A stretch of DNA of 64,000 nt, taken from contig JAKMXF010000222.1 of assembly GCA_024704765.1 (NCBI GenBank), forward strand, positions 868,001 through 932,000, written 5' to 3'. The stretch is from Oopsacas minuta. Its lineage: Eukaryota; Animalia; Porifera. Both the position numbers and the translations under genes were made by a program. The notes under the pieces were generated by a model. It was given only the letters and a program-made list of their open reading frames with translations. It ran no database searches and had not been told where the DNA came from. Positions 37,710-51,117 of this stretch are shown piece by piece (positions within the stretch are counted from its first letter, which is position 1; each line of letters starts with the position of its first letter).

Positions 37710-40428
37710 CAGGGGAGGCGCTAGTGCTGCAGTCTATGGGGGGCGAATGAGGGTGCTGTGTTCTGGCGACGAACCCCATAATTGTAAAAATAAAATTACA
37801 AATTCAGTACTAATGTATCTAACTCTACTAACAAAATATAGTTAAATACTCGGTTTATTAACTTGTACTAGGGTCCTATAGTAGTATGCGATGTGGTATA
37901 TTTGCGAAACTGTTGATAATAGTCTCCCTGCCCAAGGGGTATAGCATCTGCGATTAACATTAAGGGCTCCGATATCAGACAATCGGTGTTACCCGTCGTT
38001 GAGCGAAGGAAGTTCTTTATCCTCTTTATCGCACTGAAGGACGGTTCTGCTTGTGCAGAGGTGACCGGAATAATGACAGAGATGTGCAAGACCTTGTTCA
38101 TCACGCTGAGGACGCATTTGTGGGGGTCAATAAAGTTGAGCATACCCATCAAGTCAGAGGGAAGACCGTCGCCTACATTCTCGAACGTAATAAGTAGTAG
38201 GTCTATCTCTGTCTGTCTACACGAAGTTGCGTTTCTTTACCACGCCAAAAAGTCTCACATCTACCATATCTGCTCAATTGAGAAACTATTCACTTTTGGG
38301 CGTCACTGCGGATATGCCGCCGCAGACAGTCTGATTCTCCTTCGATTGAAATCTCCTCTGCAACTCTGCGAAAGTCTTGTTATACATGGGCACAAACACC
38401 TCTCTGCGATAGTCTTCAGACGACTTCAACCCAGCAGGACGAGGATGAACTGCGCGAACGCGGCGCACATGGTCCTGAGGAAGATCCGCTGCCTGTACAA
38501 TATCCGCCGCCTGCTTATAGATATCCTCCCATACTTCGTCCGCCAATGGAATCTGAAGCCTCTCCAGCCATGACAGACTGTTTTAATGCTTGTAGAGCCT
38601 CCTCAAGAGTCTCGCTCTTTCCTTGGAGTTTTGCACTAGCATCGGCATAAATTTGAGTAGGATCTTGAATATACACAAGTGGACAACAAAGCTGGTATTG
38701 AGCTAGGTCATCATTCTCCGTGCAGTAGCACCGCGTTCTCCTGAAACTTTAATGAGGTCCTCTAGAACATCGATAACTACTGGAAGAGTGGCCGAGAGAG
38801 TCTCACAGGCATCATGGCGACACACCCAATGCGTATCTGAAAGAGGATATCTCGCGAGGTTGGGAATCAGGAAAGCGGGACCTCTGAGCTTGACGTACAG
38901 TTCGTGAACAATCGATGAGGAGAGGAAGTAGTGCAACGACTGCAGTAGTGTGAAGAGGTCTTCCGCCCTGGCTGTATCGTGCACAACATCGACGATGACT
39001 AAGTTCAATCAATGGGCAAACCAATGTACATTAATTGCTTCAGGGCAGAGCTCACGGATTCGCGCCTGGACTCCAGTGCATCGCCCACTCATCACAACTG
39101 CACCATCAAAGCACTGAGCGACACAGCCAAGAAGATCAATTTTACAATCACGAAGACTTGTTTGTACAGTTTCCCACAGACCAACAGCGGAGAGACTCCC
39201 ACAAGCTGCGAAAGCAAGAAAGGACTCTTTGATGACGTTTTTCCCGTGGATCCCAACCTCCTGTACAATGTATCTCAACATAAGTGATCTCTGCTCCTTG
39301 TGGCCAGTATCACGAGACTCATCAGCTATGATGGCGTAATAATTTCCATTCTTTTCAGCAGCTATCTGCTCCCTGATTAACTCGGCGGCAGCATGGATAA
39401 CATTGTCCTGGATGCTGTCGTGCATATATTTTGCGTTTTGTGGTCCCTCCTGCAACCTCCTAGCAACAATAGGGTCATGTCGAGTTACTAGATCTAGGAT
39501 CGTCAAGAAATTTCTCTTGTTGACGTGAGAGGCCTCCTCGTCAGATTCACGATGACCTCGGAGAGCCATAGCCTGCTTACAGCATAACGATACGACGTCC
39601 ACAACTGCCCCGAAGTAGTGACGGTTCTCCTTTTTTATGTTTTCATTCTGGTCACTCAGCATAGCTGTTACATTCCTCGTGTCCTCCAGTTTCCATTGCA
39701 CTCAGGCGCCACTACGTGCTTATGCGTCTCCGAACAGTTGTGCTCGGAAAACATCTCAACGGCCTTCTTCCAATTGCTGAACACCGTCGTACACCACTCT
39801 GATCTGACACTGCCCAGGCCAAAATGTCTACAAGCATAACAAAACGCAGAGTCACGTGTTTGAGAATACTCGAGCCACACCGAATCCTTAAACCATTCTT
39901 TCTAAAACCTGCGCTTGTCCGTGTCTACTGGGTACTTAAGTAGCTCCACTTGCCTGGGCCCCCTCTCTGACTGTCTTGGATATGTCATCGGATACACTAT
40001 TTGGGTCTACTATAGCAAACTGAACATAATTGATTGCATCTCTTGAGCCTGAAGCCACGCGAGGTCTATTGGAAAAGAAGCTGTGAGTGGGTTCCCGACG
40101 CTCAGACATGATTATTAGTGAGAGGAAGAAAAGAGCACTGACTAGTGAATAGTTAGCAAGGATGATTAATTTTATAATTGAATATAATATAATCTGAAAG
40201 TGTTACCCATGTATATAGTTTCATAAGTCTAATATTTAGAATACATACAATTTGTGACATTACGATACGTGACTTACAATTCATAACCTACTTACAATTC
40301 GTGACTTACAATTAGTGACATTACAATTCGTCAATCTGGTTTTGAGTGATTAGTTTCGGATTCCCGCCCCCATAGGGGGGGCAAAGCAAAAGCCTGAGGG
40401 GCGAGGGCCACCCCCGACACCGCCGCTG
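37710..40428 (-). mobile_element. hAT element (TTF-zinc finger/DUF4371, ZMYM1-like), pseudogene, visibly GC-richer than its flanks
   Basis: ATG at 40109; WLEYS...FCYAC, ALRGHRE, IIADESRD, FDGA, IPVTSAQAE.SFS. Imperfect CAG.GG.GG ends and degraded TSD ACCCCTCC / ACACCTCT (6 of 8). Confidence 0.88.
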
Positions 40429-40632
40429 ACACCTCTCGATGAGATGTCCAGGATTAGAGCAATCCCTCCAACACTCAAATGGGGGTCAATATCCAATAGT
40501 CCCAGAATTGAGGGGTAATAGCTGAAATTGGTCTTCCGGCCCGGGAGTCATCCTTAATGCTGCTTTGACTTGATATCGGTTTTGAAGCCATGAAATAGTT
40601 GACTCTCAAAATAGGTAAAATTGAAAGTAGGG

Positions 40633-43468
40633 CAGTGGCTGCGGAATTAATTATTTCTCAGGGGGGCTGAAATCGTAAAATGACAGGTAATGTTATTGAT
40701 GTGAAGGGCGTTGGATTCTCAAAAGTTTTTATATCAATAACAAGCACAACGAACAGTTCACTCTATTAAATATGAAGCTAAAATTATCTAATATGCAATG
40801 TTAAACACATGAAAATATATTAAATACTATGACCGAAATATTCTCTACGACTATTTCGTCAAATAAATTATTTAGCCACTCCTAATAGGTCTAGGGTATC
40901 AGTCAGGAGAAGATCGTTCAAACGTTTTTGCGTCATAGTAGATGGTACATATGACTTAAGGCGTTTGAAAGATGAAAATTATCTCTCTGCAGTGACGGAA
41001 GTCAGCGGAATTGTTAGATAGATACTTATCAAGCGATCCACTTCATAAAACAGTGTCTTGTTCAAACTGCAAGTGTTAAATACATACTGTATTTATTGAA
41101 GTCACTTAGTAAACTCCTTACTGATACTCTGTATTAGCAGTTTTGACAACATCTGGTAACAAAGCTAACTGTATAGCAAGCCTGTCCATGTTTAAATCTC
41201 CAATATACATCTCTCTGAAAGTGGAAGATGGCTCTATTTCAACTCCATTGCATGAACCTATAATAAGACCCTCTATTTCACGAAGGCTTGAAAAGGAAGG
41301 CTGATCAAACCTACGTTTGAGTTTACTAATCATCATATCAATGAATGTAAAGTACAAGTGGCGGAAAAATTCCTTTGGAGAAGAATAAAACTCTGAATCT
41401 TGGGATTCATTTTCAAATCTCTTTGGAGTTTTCCGTCGTCGTGGTAGTACAGGTTCTTGAGTGAGATGATCGCATCCTTGACCGTATTTTCATAGAACTT
41501 GTCAAATGTGGAATCAGAACGTTGCCTCTGCAAAATGTTGATACTACACTAACAGCTAATGAAACTTCTTGTGCATTGATATCCTATATTCCAGAGTTGA
41601 AGAAAGTTGCTCAGCAGCTCCAAACACAAGATAAGAGAGCTTAAGTCCAAAGTAAGTTGAAAATTTTTCCATCAAAGCAAGCAATCTTAAGCCTTGTTAG
41701 AAGATTCTTCACAGGAATCTTCACCAATTTGAGTTATCTCCTCGATAAAACATCGTAATTTTTAGTATCGAACTAATTGACCTAGAGCGCACTGTCCATC
41801 GTGTTGGGCAGAGAGGTTTCAACATGGGGGATTCTGGGCTTAACTTATCTCTTAAATGATGAAATAGGCTAAACGCTTTGGAGATGAACGAGTGAGAGTG
41901 ACTACCTCGTGTGAAAATCCAAGAGCATCCCTAATACAGGCGCAATATTTACCACAATCTTATAGGCAGAAATTCAGTGAGTGAGCTACACAATGAACGT
42001 AATGTGCATTATGTTGGAGGGTCTGGATCCTGTCTAGCAACACTGTTCAGACGCCCGGACATATTAGACGCTCCATCATAAGATTGTCCTCTACATTGTG
42101 TCAGCGGAAGGTTACTTCGAATAAGAGCGTCTCTTAGTGTGCTTGTCAAGAATACAGCATCTGTCTGTTCAACTGACGCGAAAGCAATCACATCCTCATA
42201 AATGAGATAATCAGTAGCAGCCCAGGGTAAAGAAATTGAAAAGTGTTCTACCCCACTGATATCTCGTTTCATCAGCAATTAATACAAACAATTCAGCGTT
42301 TTTAATTTTATGTAGTAGGCCAAGAAGAATCTGGTGAGGCATGATCTCTAGTAATTCATCTACAATATCATGAGATAAGTAACGCCCTTCACACATCCAA
42401 GAGTCAAGTCCTTGAACATCATCTGCACGACACTTAAGCAATTGTATGAAGTTGGCCTCTTCATCTTTATGACCTCTAAAGGCTAATCCTTAACGAGCTA
42501 AGTATCTCATCGATGACAATACTTTCATCAATATTTCTCTTCTGTATTTCTGGTCATTTGCAACTTGGGTCGAAAGTCCAACAGCGACAGATGGGTTGTT
42601 CAATGATCCCAGCTTCATTAGGGCTTCATTGTGTAGATGACACATTCATGCCCTCTAAATCACTCCTTCGCCTTCTTCCAGTTGTCAAAACCCACATACA
42701 GAAATGAATCCTTTCCCCGTTTGGTAAATGTTAACAGCCCTCTTGATGAAGCATTACAACAAAAGTAACAAAATACATTATTTCGTGGAATACAGAAGCT
42801 AAGTCAATTGTGGTCATCAAACCAGCTCATCTGGAATACTCGATATTGTTTACCCTGTCTGCGTTTCGTTCTCAGTATGTCATTCTTTGGGTGGTACGGT
42901 TCACATAAATTCTCATCACAGCACTCAGATGAACATCCCTCTGTTGACGTTCCCTCAAATACGTTATCGAGCAGCTGTATACTAGAATCACGGTTGATCA
43001 ATGTTTGATTATTGCTCTCAATGACATCTGAATCGAGGTCCAGGTTACCAATAGAAATGCTTGAAAAAGACTGTTCTTCCACACTACATTCGTATTCAGT
43101 GCGACATCTTTTACTAAAGAACTTTGTTATGCTACTTTAGTAAGATTCGTTCGCCATTTTGGTGATCTATTTCAATAAAAATAAACAAATTAGTAGGGTG
43201 ACATTTGCCTCCATTTACAATAACTATAAATTTAAAATTATACATTTGTTTGGTTTATAATTATACAAAGTACTTCTCTGTAAATTGGCAATTAAATTGG
43301 GACAGTTTTCAATGGCAATATACAGCATTTCGGAATTTGATGTGCAGATACGAAATTTGCTTTTATAAAGGAAAATATTTTATAAAACATGCCTGATATT
43401 TGGGAGGTCCCCCAAATTATATTCAGGGGGCCTACAGCCCACGTAGCCTCGTGGTTCCGCCGCTACTG
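40633..43468 (-). mobile_element. Second ZMYM1-like hAT element, pseudogene
   Basis: TIRs CAGT(G/A)GC(T/G)GCGGAA and perfect TSD AAGTAGGG (40625-40632, 43469-43476); FCYFC, LAFRGH, IADET, QSYDGASNMSG, TSVTAER.FS. Confidence 0.92.
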
Positions 43469-43737
43469 AAGTAGGGGTACCTGTGATTCAAATATCAAAC
43501 TTGTATCATGTATGCTGATTAGCTAAGCAGTGGAAAGTAATATAGTATTTCTGTTATCAAAAAGGTTTACAATTACGTCATAATTTTGTCCTAGGTGTGA
43601 ATTTTCATCTAAGACTCAAATTTGTCCCGTAAGCCAAAAATCAGCACTGGAGGTCTTCCAGTTTCTTCAATAATTTCCTACAAACAAACATATATACGTT
43701 CGAGAATGTAAACAAATTTATTAAAATTAATAGTATA

Positions 43738-44430
43738 CACTGCCTGAATAGAAGTATTGGAAAACCCTGCCACAATTGACACCTGGCAGAAAAGGCATAT
43801 TACCTCAGTTTATAGGCAAAATATGATTTCTAACAATTTTGAACATAAATATATCATAAACAACAAATGATAACAAGCTTTTGTTATCAATAACTTATTT
43901 AGGTATGTAAGGACCCTGTTCGAGGGCAATTCCCGGGACCCTGAAGCCAATTCAAAGCCATCACAGTTCGCCCACCTGTCCCCATTCCTCAATTTAGAAT
44001 GTTTGTGCATATTGTATTCAAATTTTACTTATGTAAAATTCAACCCCATAAGTACTACTACCCTAGCTGAAGGCCTATTCCGCCAAGTGGAAGCATGGCA
44101 GGACTTGTCCAAACCTCTGATTATTTAGTTGCACAAAATACATCATGAAGATACAGTAACGAAAGTTACTCTATAAGATCACTCTACGCGCTTTTTGGAC
44201 GCAAATTCATTAATATGGTCCGAGAAGTCAAATGTTTCTAGTATGAGTTTTATAATGATTTTAAAGTAGAATACAGTGTGTATAAATTAATGACGTTGAC
44301 TTGTGGGGTTAAATGTGGGGGCCCTGTTTTTACTGATTGTTATACTTTCTGCTATATGCATAGAATTTTTCAACGTATTTTACGATGTGCCACAAGTGGA
44401 CAGTGTTCCAACACTTTTGGCCAGGCTGTG
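43738..44430. mobile_element. Second copy of the Tc1-type MITE (cf. 35171-35416), split by a ~448-bp insertion
   Basis: Left half 43738-43887 and right half 44336-44430 align to the 246-bp copy. Confidence 0.8.
43888..44335. mobile_element. Unclassified CA...TG insertion
   Basis: Flanked by (T/A)TTGTTAT duplication, absent from the other MITE copy; ends CAATAAC / TTTACTG. Confidence 0.55.
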
Positions 44431-46419
44431 GGGATTTATACTATTTCAGACATTTATTTGTGCGATAATGCACAGAAATCTGCAAGTAATCCCGAGATTT
44501 CATGTAAGAGAAAGGAATAATTCAGGGATCCCTCAAGGGTTGGCAAGTATGCATTATGTACTAGTATATATATTTGTATTTATCAGAATTCACCCGGTTA
44601 CATATACAGGGTCTGAACAACTTTTGATATTGGATAAATCAATAGTCTGCATATTTCAACGAATGAATAAAGAGAACATCTTCAAAAAATTGTGATAAAA
44701 TATCATGCGCGTATGCTGACATATCCACACTACGATCACAGAAAATTTCTTTAGGAACTTACCAATTTCACTCCAATGATGGACTTTATAATTTCTTCTC
44801 TGCCTAAGCCTTTTGGAGGTGGACTCGAGACCTGATTCATATATACTAAATAATGATTCAATTAAATTCCCAATACAAAGTACAAACATGGATAGAACTG
44901 GTCAGGGTTGAACGGCCGGTCGTGTCTGATTCATAGGTCAACCGACCGGAATATTTGATAGGCTTTAAAAAACAGAATCTCTAAATATGCCTTATGCAAG
45001 TGTAATGAGGACTCTTTTCGTTATTGACGTGATTTTTACCAGTAGGACTGATAAGATTTATGCCATTAGTGGTGAAAGCTCGGATCGCTTGGTAAGTCGT
45101 TGTGGGGGGCAGCTTAAAATAACTTCACGATGAGTTAGCATCTGGTCAGTCATGACTTCAGGACATTTGGCACATTGAGGGGAACCAATTTGTACCAGAA
45201 ATGGAACAAGCCAGATTTCTTATTACCCGATCTGATCCGTAGCAAGATAAATTTTCAGAAACAGTAAATCTAAAATATTTGTATTTTGTATATATTTCGC
45301 CATCATGATTGTACGAAAATTCCAAATTTCTCTGTCGACATTCTGTGATAATTGTATAATATTTAAGTCATGAAGGGCTGAGTATGCCCCGTCGTGTAGT
45401 AAGCTAATGCACTAAGAAATTAACCATTGAATTCTTGAGTTAACCTGAGGTACTAAGCTGTCCCACGCAGCGACTTAGTAAGAGATTCTGTGCTGTCCAT
45501 TATTAATGGGCATAAATCATATTAATCATACTAGTATAAATCACGTCAAAATGAAAATGACCGCATTACACTTGTATATGGCCAATTTGAAGGTTTTACA
45601 GCCTATCAAACAGTTACACGACAATTGTTCTTCATTTTTCGCCAAAACATTGATGCATTTGTATATATTCCCTGGAGTATTCAGTGTATGTGATAGTACT
45701 CGAGAACGTGTAATAGATTATTAAGTTTAGCAATAAAGTAGTAAATTCTGACCTAGAGCCTGATTCACAAAATATCTTCTCCATGTGAAACTAGTTAAGA
45801 AAGGTTAACTTTCACAAAATACACGCGTCCAATATAAAAACTGTGATTTGAGCTAGTAGCATTCGACCAGGGGCACAAGCATAAAATCAACTAGTATTAG
45901 ATCAGGGCCAATACATCCAGAAATTCAACTGACTTCTAGTTATCAGATCTTAATTAATTGAATACAATTCGAATTTAGAGAGAAATTGTGGCTCTCAAAA
46001 TGATTCAACTAAGAATATTGAATTCAACCCGTTTCGTTGTATATAGAATTTAGGGTTTGTTTGTGTTACAAAACCATATTGAAACACTATGTTCGAAATA
46101 GAGCCTAAGTGTGTTTAAGAAACATAGTCGTATATTATTATATTGCGGCTTTGAATTGATAGTCACCCAGCTGCTACTCACGTAAGTACGCTATCATTAA
46201 AGTCCTACTTTTTGCTATTTCTTAGAAGTACATACAAATATACATACAAAGAGTACAAGTATGAATTTGGCGTATTCGCAACACCGATGTTTGGATAATT
46301 CACGAATACACTTGTGTAAGTCTGAATTCATTGTAACTTGACGCTTATGGTAGGATATTTTTAGTATCGAATACAGTCATCTGCTTATTGCATAGAAAAT
46401 TGGTCTATATTCCTTTACA

Positions 46420-48870
46420 CACAATTCTTCAATTCATTTTCCTACCATTCATTAAAATATGTGTCTAGTATTAGGCTACCTTCCTCCAATGTTGTGGTAC
46501 AAAAAATTAGAGGGACGAAAAGTTCCTCTAATCACTCGTCAGGTCCCTAATAATTATTGGTACTCACGGAAGTACTGTCCCTTAATGCTATACCAACAGA
46601 TGCACAAACTGGGATCAATATTCACATTCCAGAACTTCCACAGTTGTTTCAATTTCAGAATACCAATCTGTGTCATCATATTTAAGGATCTTTTGTTAGT
46701 TCAAGGTACTGTCGAGAAAACCTTCAACCTGAAAAGTAGTTGCCTTCCTCTGCATCCAACAATTGAAAGTGGCAAACAGATTGAGGATCTCACCAAGATA
46801 ATGACTATTGCACTCCTTCAAAACTTGACAAAATGGGCTGAACTCCAAATGCCTCGGCATCACCGTTTCTTTCGTAAAGTCCCTGTAGAATTAAGATGAT
46901 GTAAGAGGTTCTTTACGAATTGCTTTAATACAGCGCTGATGGTAGAGGCAACGTGTACTGCTTGGCTTTATGACCTTCACCTCAGGGAGGTCATGCACGG
47001 ATGTTACTTATTTTAATTTGTCTGCTTTTTTCGGGAGGCATAAAACAACTTCTACAGACTACAGACTACAGAACAATATTCCGAAGAATTTCTGGATAAT
47101 GGGACACTGTCAGCAGCTTGAATGCAAGCTAGCTGACAGCGATGACAGGAGCAACTGATATATAGTGCATGGCCAGACGCATTCTCCTTTGAACTCCAGT
47201 ATCCTTGCCAAAGAACCGAATTACTCAATCATATCCTCACCCTATTAGTATTCTGATATTCAAACCTTGTGATTCCAGGTGGGAAGTGGTTGTACTAGCA
47301 AGCAGGGGTATCCTGCTCTAATTATAAGTATAGGAGCTGTATTTCAAATTTCAAATTCAATTGAATATATCCAAATTTCTAATACAAAATTCAAACAATA
47401 TACGGTAATTGAATTAATAAGATTAGTATGAATATTATCAAAGGTTTAGTACTAAATCTGAAAATAGAGTTCTAACAAGTGATTGAGCACCCAAAAATTC
47501 TTAACTAATAATAAGGCCAATTATTTCTTGTTTATGGGGCTCAGAAATTTTGGATTTCAATCCATGGATATCTGTTGCTGAATTATGATGCAAGAGCCAA
47601 GATTTAGAATATTCCAATGGTCTCCAAATAGTCACTGGTGGACCATTAAGCTGGATTAACGCTAAAGAAGAAACGTGTTCTATTTATATGTCCTATATTC
47701 CAGAACACGTTGTTTATAATATAATTATTACTTAAAAGAATCATTTCCAATGGATATTTCGTTTACGATTAACGCTAGATTCGGATAGAAAAATACATAG
47801 TTGAAGTAAAACTCCCATTGTTCTTCAAAACAAGTATAATACATTCACGGCACTATAAAGTAAACATTTGCTCTCTCAACTCAACTTAATTATATTTGGA
47901 ACAAATTTCAATTTATTTCAAATATTGATTGTATGCTACTGTAGATATCAGGTACACAAACTCTCTAACTTGTGAAATAATTGTTACTTGCCAATTTGAT
48001 TTGTTAAAAAAAGTATGGGAGTGACGCTCCCACTACCTGAAAAACTATGGAAGCGGCGCTCCCACCAGCTCCCACGGCAGGACACCACTGCTAGCAAGGG
48101 TTTCATCATTTAAAGATCGAATATGCAGGATGGTCATGAAGTGCTCTTAGAATGTCCATCTACCAAAATATCTACACAAATTGAAAGCTATTCTTGATGG
48201 TCACATCTTGACATTCATCAGCGTATAGTGAGTAGAATGGACTAGATTTCAAATTGTACATGGGCCTTCTTTCGATCAAAGTGTCAATTGGTTCCAACAG
48301 AGAAATTTACGAAAATTGGATGTATTACTGAGCATATCAATGCACTTGCTTCTACATGTTGCTTCAAAAGGGTATCCCCATTAGCCATCTGCAACTCAAT
48401 TATGTTTTCCAAAGTAATAATGTGGGGAATTCGGCTGTGGATTGATCGCGATAATTAAGCAAAACAACACGAATCATTTGTCGCTGTACTTCGGCTTGTT
48501 TGGCAGAAGCTACTAGTGTAGGTCAACAACAGTTCCCATTTCTTTGCCTACTCAGACATCCTTGCAGAAAGTACTCCATCCTTGTGACCCTTGGGGTCAT
48601 TGTGCTGTTTCAATATTTCAGTGGCATGATTCCAGTCCGTAACTCCCTTCACAGTCCAAGCACCTCTTGCTGTTGCTGATGGCTGCCCAAAACTTTGCCA
48701 CACACAACAAAACATTCCTTCTTCGGGATATGTGCAGTAAACCCATGGGTAGATCCTCTCCCAATCCTTTTTGTAGCGAAGGTGAGACTTATAGAATAAT
48801 AATTGGCTACTTTGGACAGACTGTCACTCATCATATTCAGATTAGTGTACTTTGTCATAATGATTAATTT
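46420..48870 (-). pseudogene. ZNF862-like hAT transposase relic
   Basis: GVTDWNHATE, IELQMANGD, PFYSLYADECQD, CHRCQLACIQAADSV, GDAEAFG; boundaries approximate. Confidence 0.75.
47303..48090. mobile_element. 788-bp hAT MITE nested in the ZNF862-like relic
   Basis: 14-bp TIRs CAG(G/T)GGT(A/G)TCCTGC; perfect TSD CTAGCAAG (47295-47302, 48091-48098). Confidence 0.9.
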
Positions 48871-49998
48871 CTAGATGACGATTTCTTGAGAAAAACTCTG
48901 GAATATCCATACCCATTTGTACACACTTGAAGAATGTTAAATTTCTATCTTCATTAAATTAGTCTGATTTACCTAGGGAAGCCAAATCCTCAAATTTTCT
49001 AGGGAGCCGGGGGGACGGATACGCTAACCCCTCACATTTCTACGCTTCGTTAATGCACCAATAGATTTCTCCCCCAATGCCAAAAATTATGTATAAAACC
49101 CTCACAGTTTTAACATGACAAGTTGATTTTTCAGAAAAATATTTTTACAAATTGTTTTAATTTTCTCATTTTGTATGTTGAATTCTAGAAAATTTGTTAC
49201 GTGATGGAATAGTATAATGGAATTCAGATTCGGGCTCAGCTTAGTCGACAATATATAAGGTTATATATAGTGTCAAGAAGAAAAGATTTTCAAGATTTGT
49301 TGGACAGTGTCATTAAATATGTAGGAAATTTTACATTTTAACTCTTCAGAATCCTTTTAGTCCAGAGTATTTAGTTATTCCAATTTCAAGGCTATCAAAT
49401 AAATAAGCAGATGTTTTTATACGTATTTTGTTGGCAACATCACTATAGGAACCTTGTCGTAGCATTTCTTGGAAAACCTTGGTGTATTACGATCATAGGA
49501 CTTATTGGAAACTGATCCCAGAACAAGAGTGACAAGCTTCTTAGATTGACTATTTCTCTTTCTGCTAAAATTATGTGTTTTAGAAGATCATGTAGTCTTG
49601 ACCTGGAAGATTTTAGGGTACAGACAAAATATGTTTCAAAGAATCAGTAACGTTTCTTCATAGAATTGCCTTCTATCAGAAATATTTGTTGATGATAAAG
49701 ATTCAGTTACAGGTTCCACTGAAATTCGCTTTTTCATTGGATTCGAAATATATTTAAATACTTAGTAATACTTTTGTCATTTGATAGATAAAGGGCAGAT
49801 GCCTCTCTGTTTGTAACAACTATTGACATTATTAATGCCAGGAATTATTCTAGAATATACACTAAGGCTAAAAGTGTAACCTAATATAGAATTATATGAT
49901 GATATTAAAATCATATTTTGAAAATTCATCTGGGTCAGACACATATTGTCACAAAACTATGTTTGGGTGGGCTTGTACGGGCCCAATTTCTTGTTGAT

Positions 49999-51117
49999 AA
50001 AACCTTTGTCTTGAAGGTAGATTTTAAGCTTGGGGAATAGCCAAAAATCACACGGAGCTAGGTCTGGTGAGTATGGTGGATGGGGAAGTAATTCTAACCC
50101 TTCTACATCCAAGAAATTTTTGGTGAGCTTAGCTGTATGGGAACTGGCGTTATCAATTAAAATCTTAATTCCTCGAGTTCCGGTTTTCGGGCGGTACTTT
50201 TCTATATTTTTTATCAAATTTGGAAGCACTTGCCCTGTAAAGAAAATAGCAGTAACAGTCTTGCCACTCTCACAAGGTAATTGCAAGACAATCCCATGAC
50301 TACTGAAGAAGATGGTATACATAATCTCAGGTTTTCTGAAGTCGGGCCTAGGAATTTTTGCCGGTTGTTCGTCGCCCCTCACTCATGATCGCTTCTTATA
50401 CTTGCTATATGGTGTTGAATAGTGCACCCACGTCTCGTCACCAGTAATAATCTCTGTTAGGCGTCTAGAATCGCAGTTCTCATAAGTTCCAAGAGTTTCT
50501 TAGCAATATTCAGTTGTGTCAACCTTTGATTCTCACTGAGTTTATACGAGACCCATTTCCCACAAATCGATCGGTAGCCAAGCACAGTCGTCAGAATTGT
50601 ATGAATAGCTCCTGATGAAATCTCCATACTTTGTTCTAACTGATTGACAGTAATGCACTTGTCTTCCATGACCATACTTTCAATGAGTGCGATATTCTCT
50701 GAAGTGGTGGCGGATAGCGGTCTTCCAGATCGAGGCAAATCTGTAGCATCAGCATCACCAGATCTAAAACGGGCAGCCAATCACTCTACAGTAGACCTGG
50801 AAGGGCAACCTACGCACAATATCTCCTGTAACTTGCTGAAGATCTGTACGGACTGGATCTTGAGTATTGTGCGAAACTCTATGTAAAGCTCTCCATTTGA
50901 GGTTGAAATTATCATCCTTTGAGGCCATAAATTCAACAGTGGGTATAAATTGACTACACGTAACTATCTCAAAAATTCATAATTTGTATTGAATAAGCTT
51001 GAAACTTTCAGTATATGGAGTTTAACTATGTGAGCTTATAATATATGAAAGTTAGATATATTACTTGACTAATTCCTAAGATATACCATGACCCGCAACA
51101 CTTACTAAACGCCCTGA
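49999..51117 (-). mobile_element. Mariner copy 2 (same family as 22147-23481), 3' truncated
   Basis: Near-identical to 22147-about 23260; 5' TIR followed by TA at 51118-51119; similarity ends just after PKLKIYLQ.K. Confidence 0.93.

Larger units (their letters stand above)
37375..43560 (-). pseudogene. Old mariner relic split in three by two hAT insertions (pieces about 43477-43560, 40429-40632, 37375-37709)
   Basis: DDSRAGRPIS...ILDISS then GGVHTILH...RWIPKIL...IVTGDEIW read through the insertion site. An internal deletion fuses the core to GTRGIKLLYNNARPH. Confidence 0.8.

Noticed and set aside
37986-38573. 195-aa plus-strand ORF
   Set aside because: Antisense shadow of the GC-rich hAT transposase.
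44500-44900. Possible Harbinger N-terminal fragment on the minus strand
   Set aside because: Resemblance too weak and frameshifted to support a call.
46459-46899. 146-aa plus-strand ORF
   Set aside because: Antisense to the ZNF862-like hAT relic.
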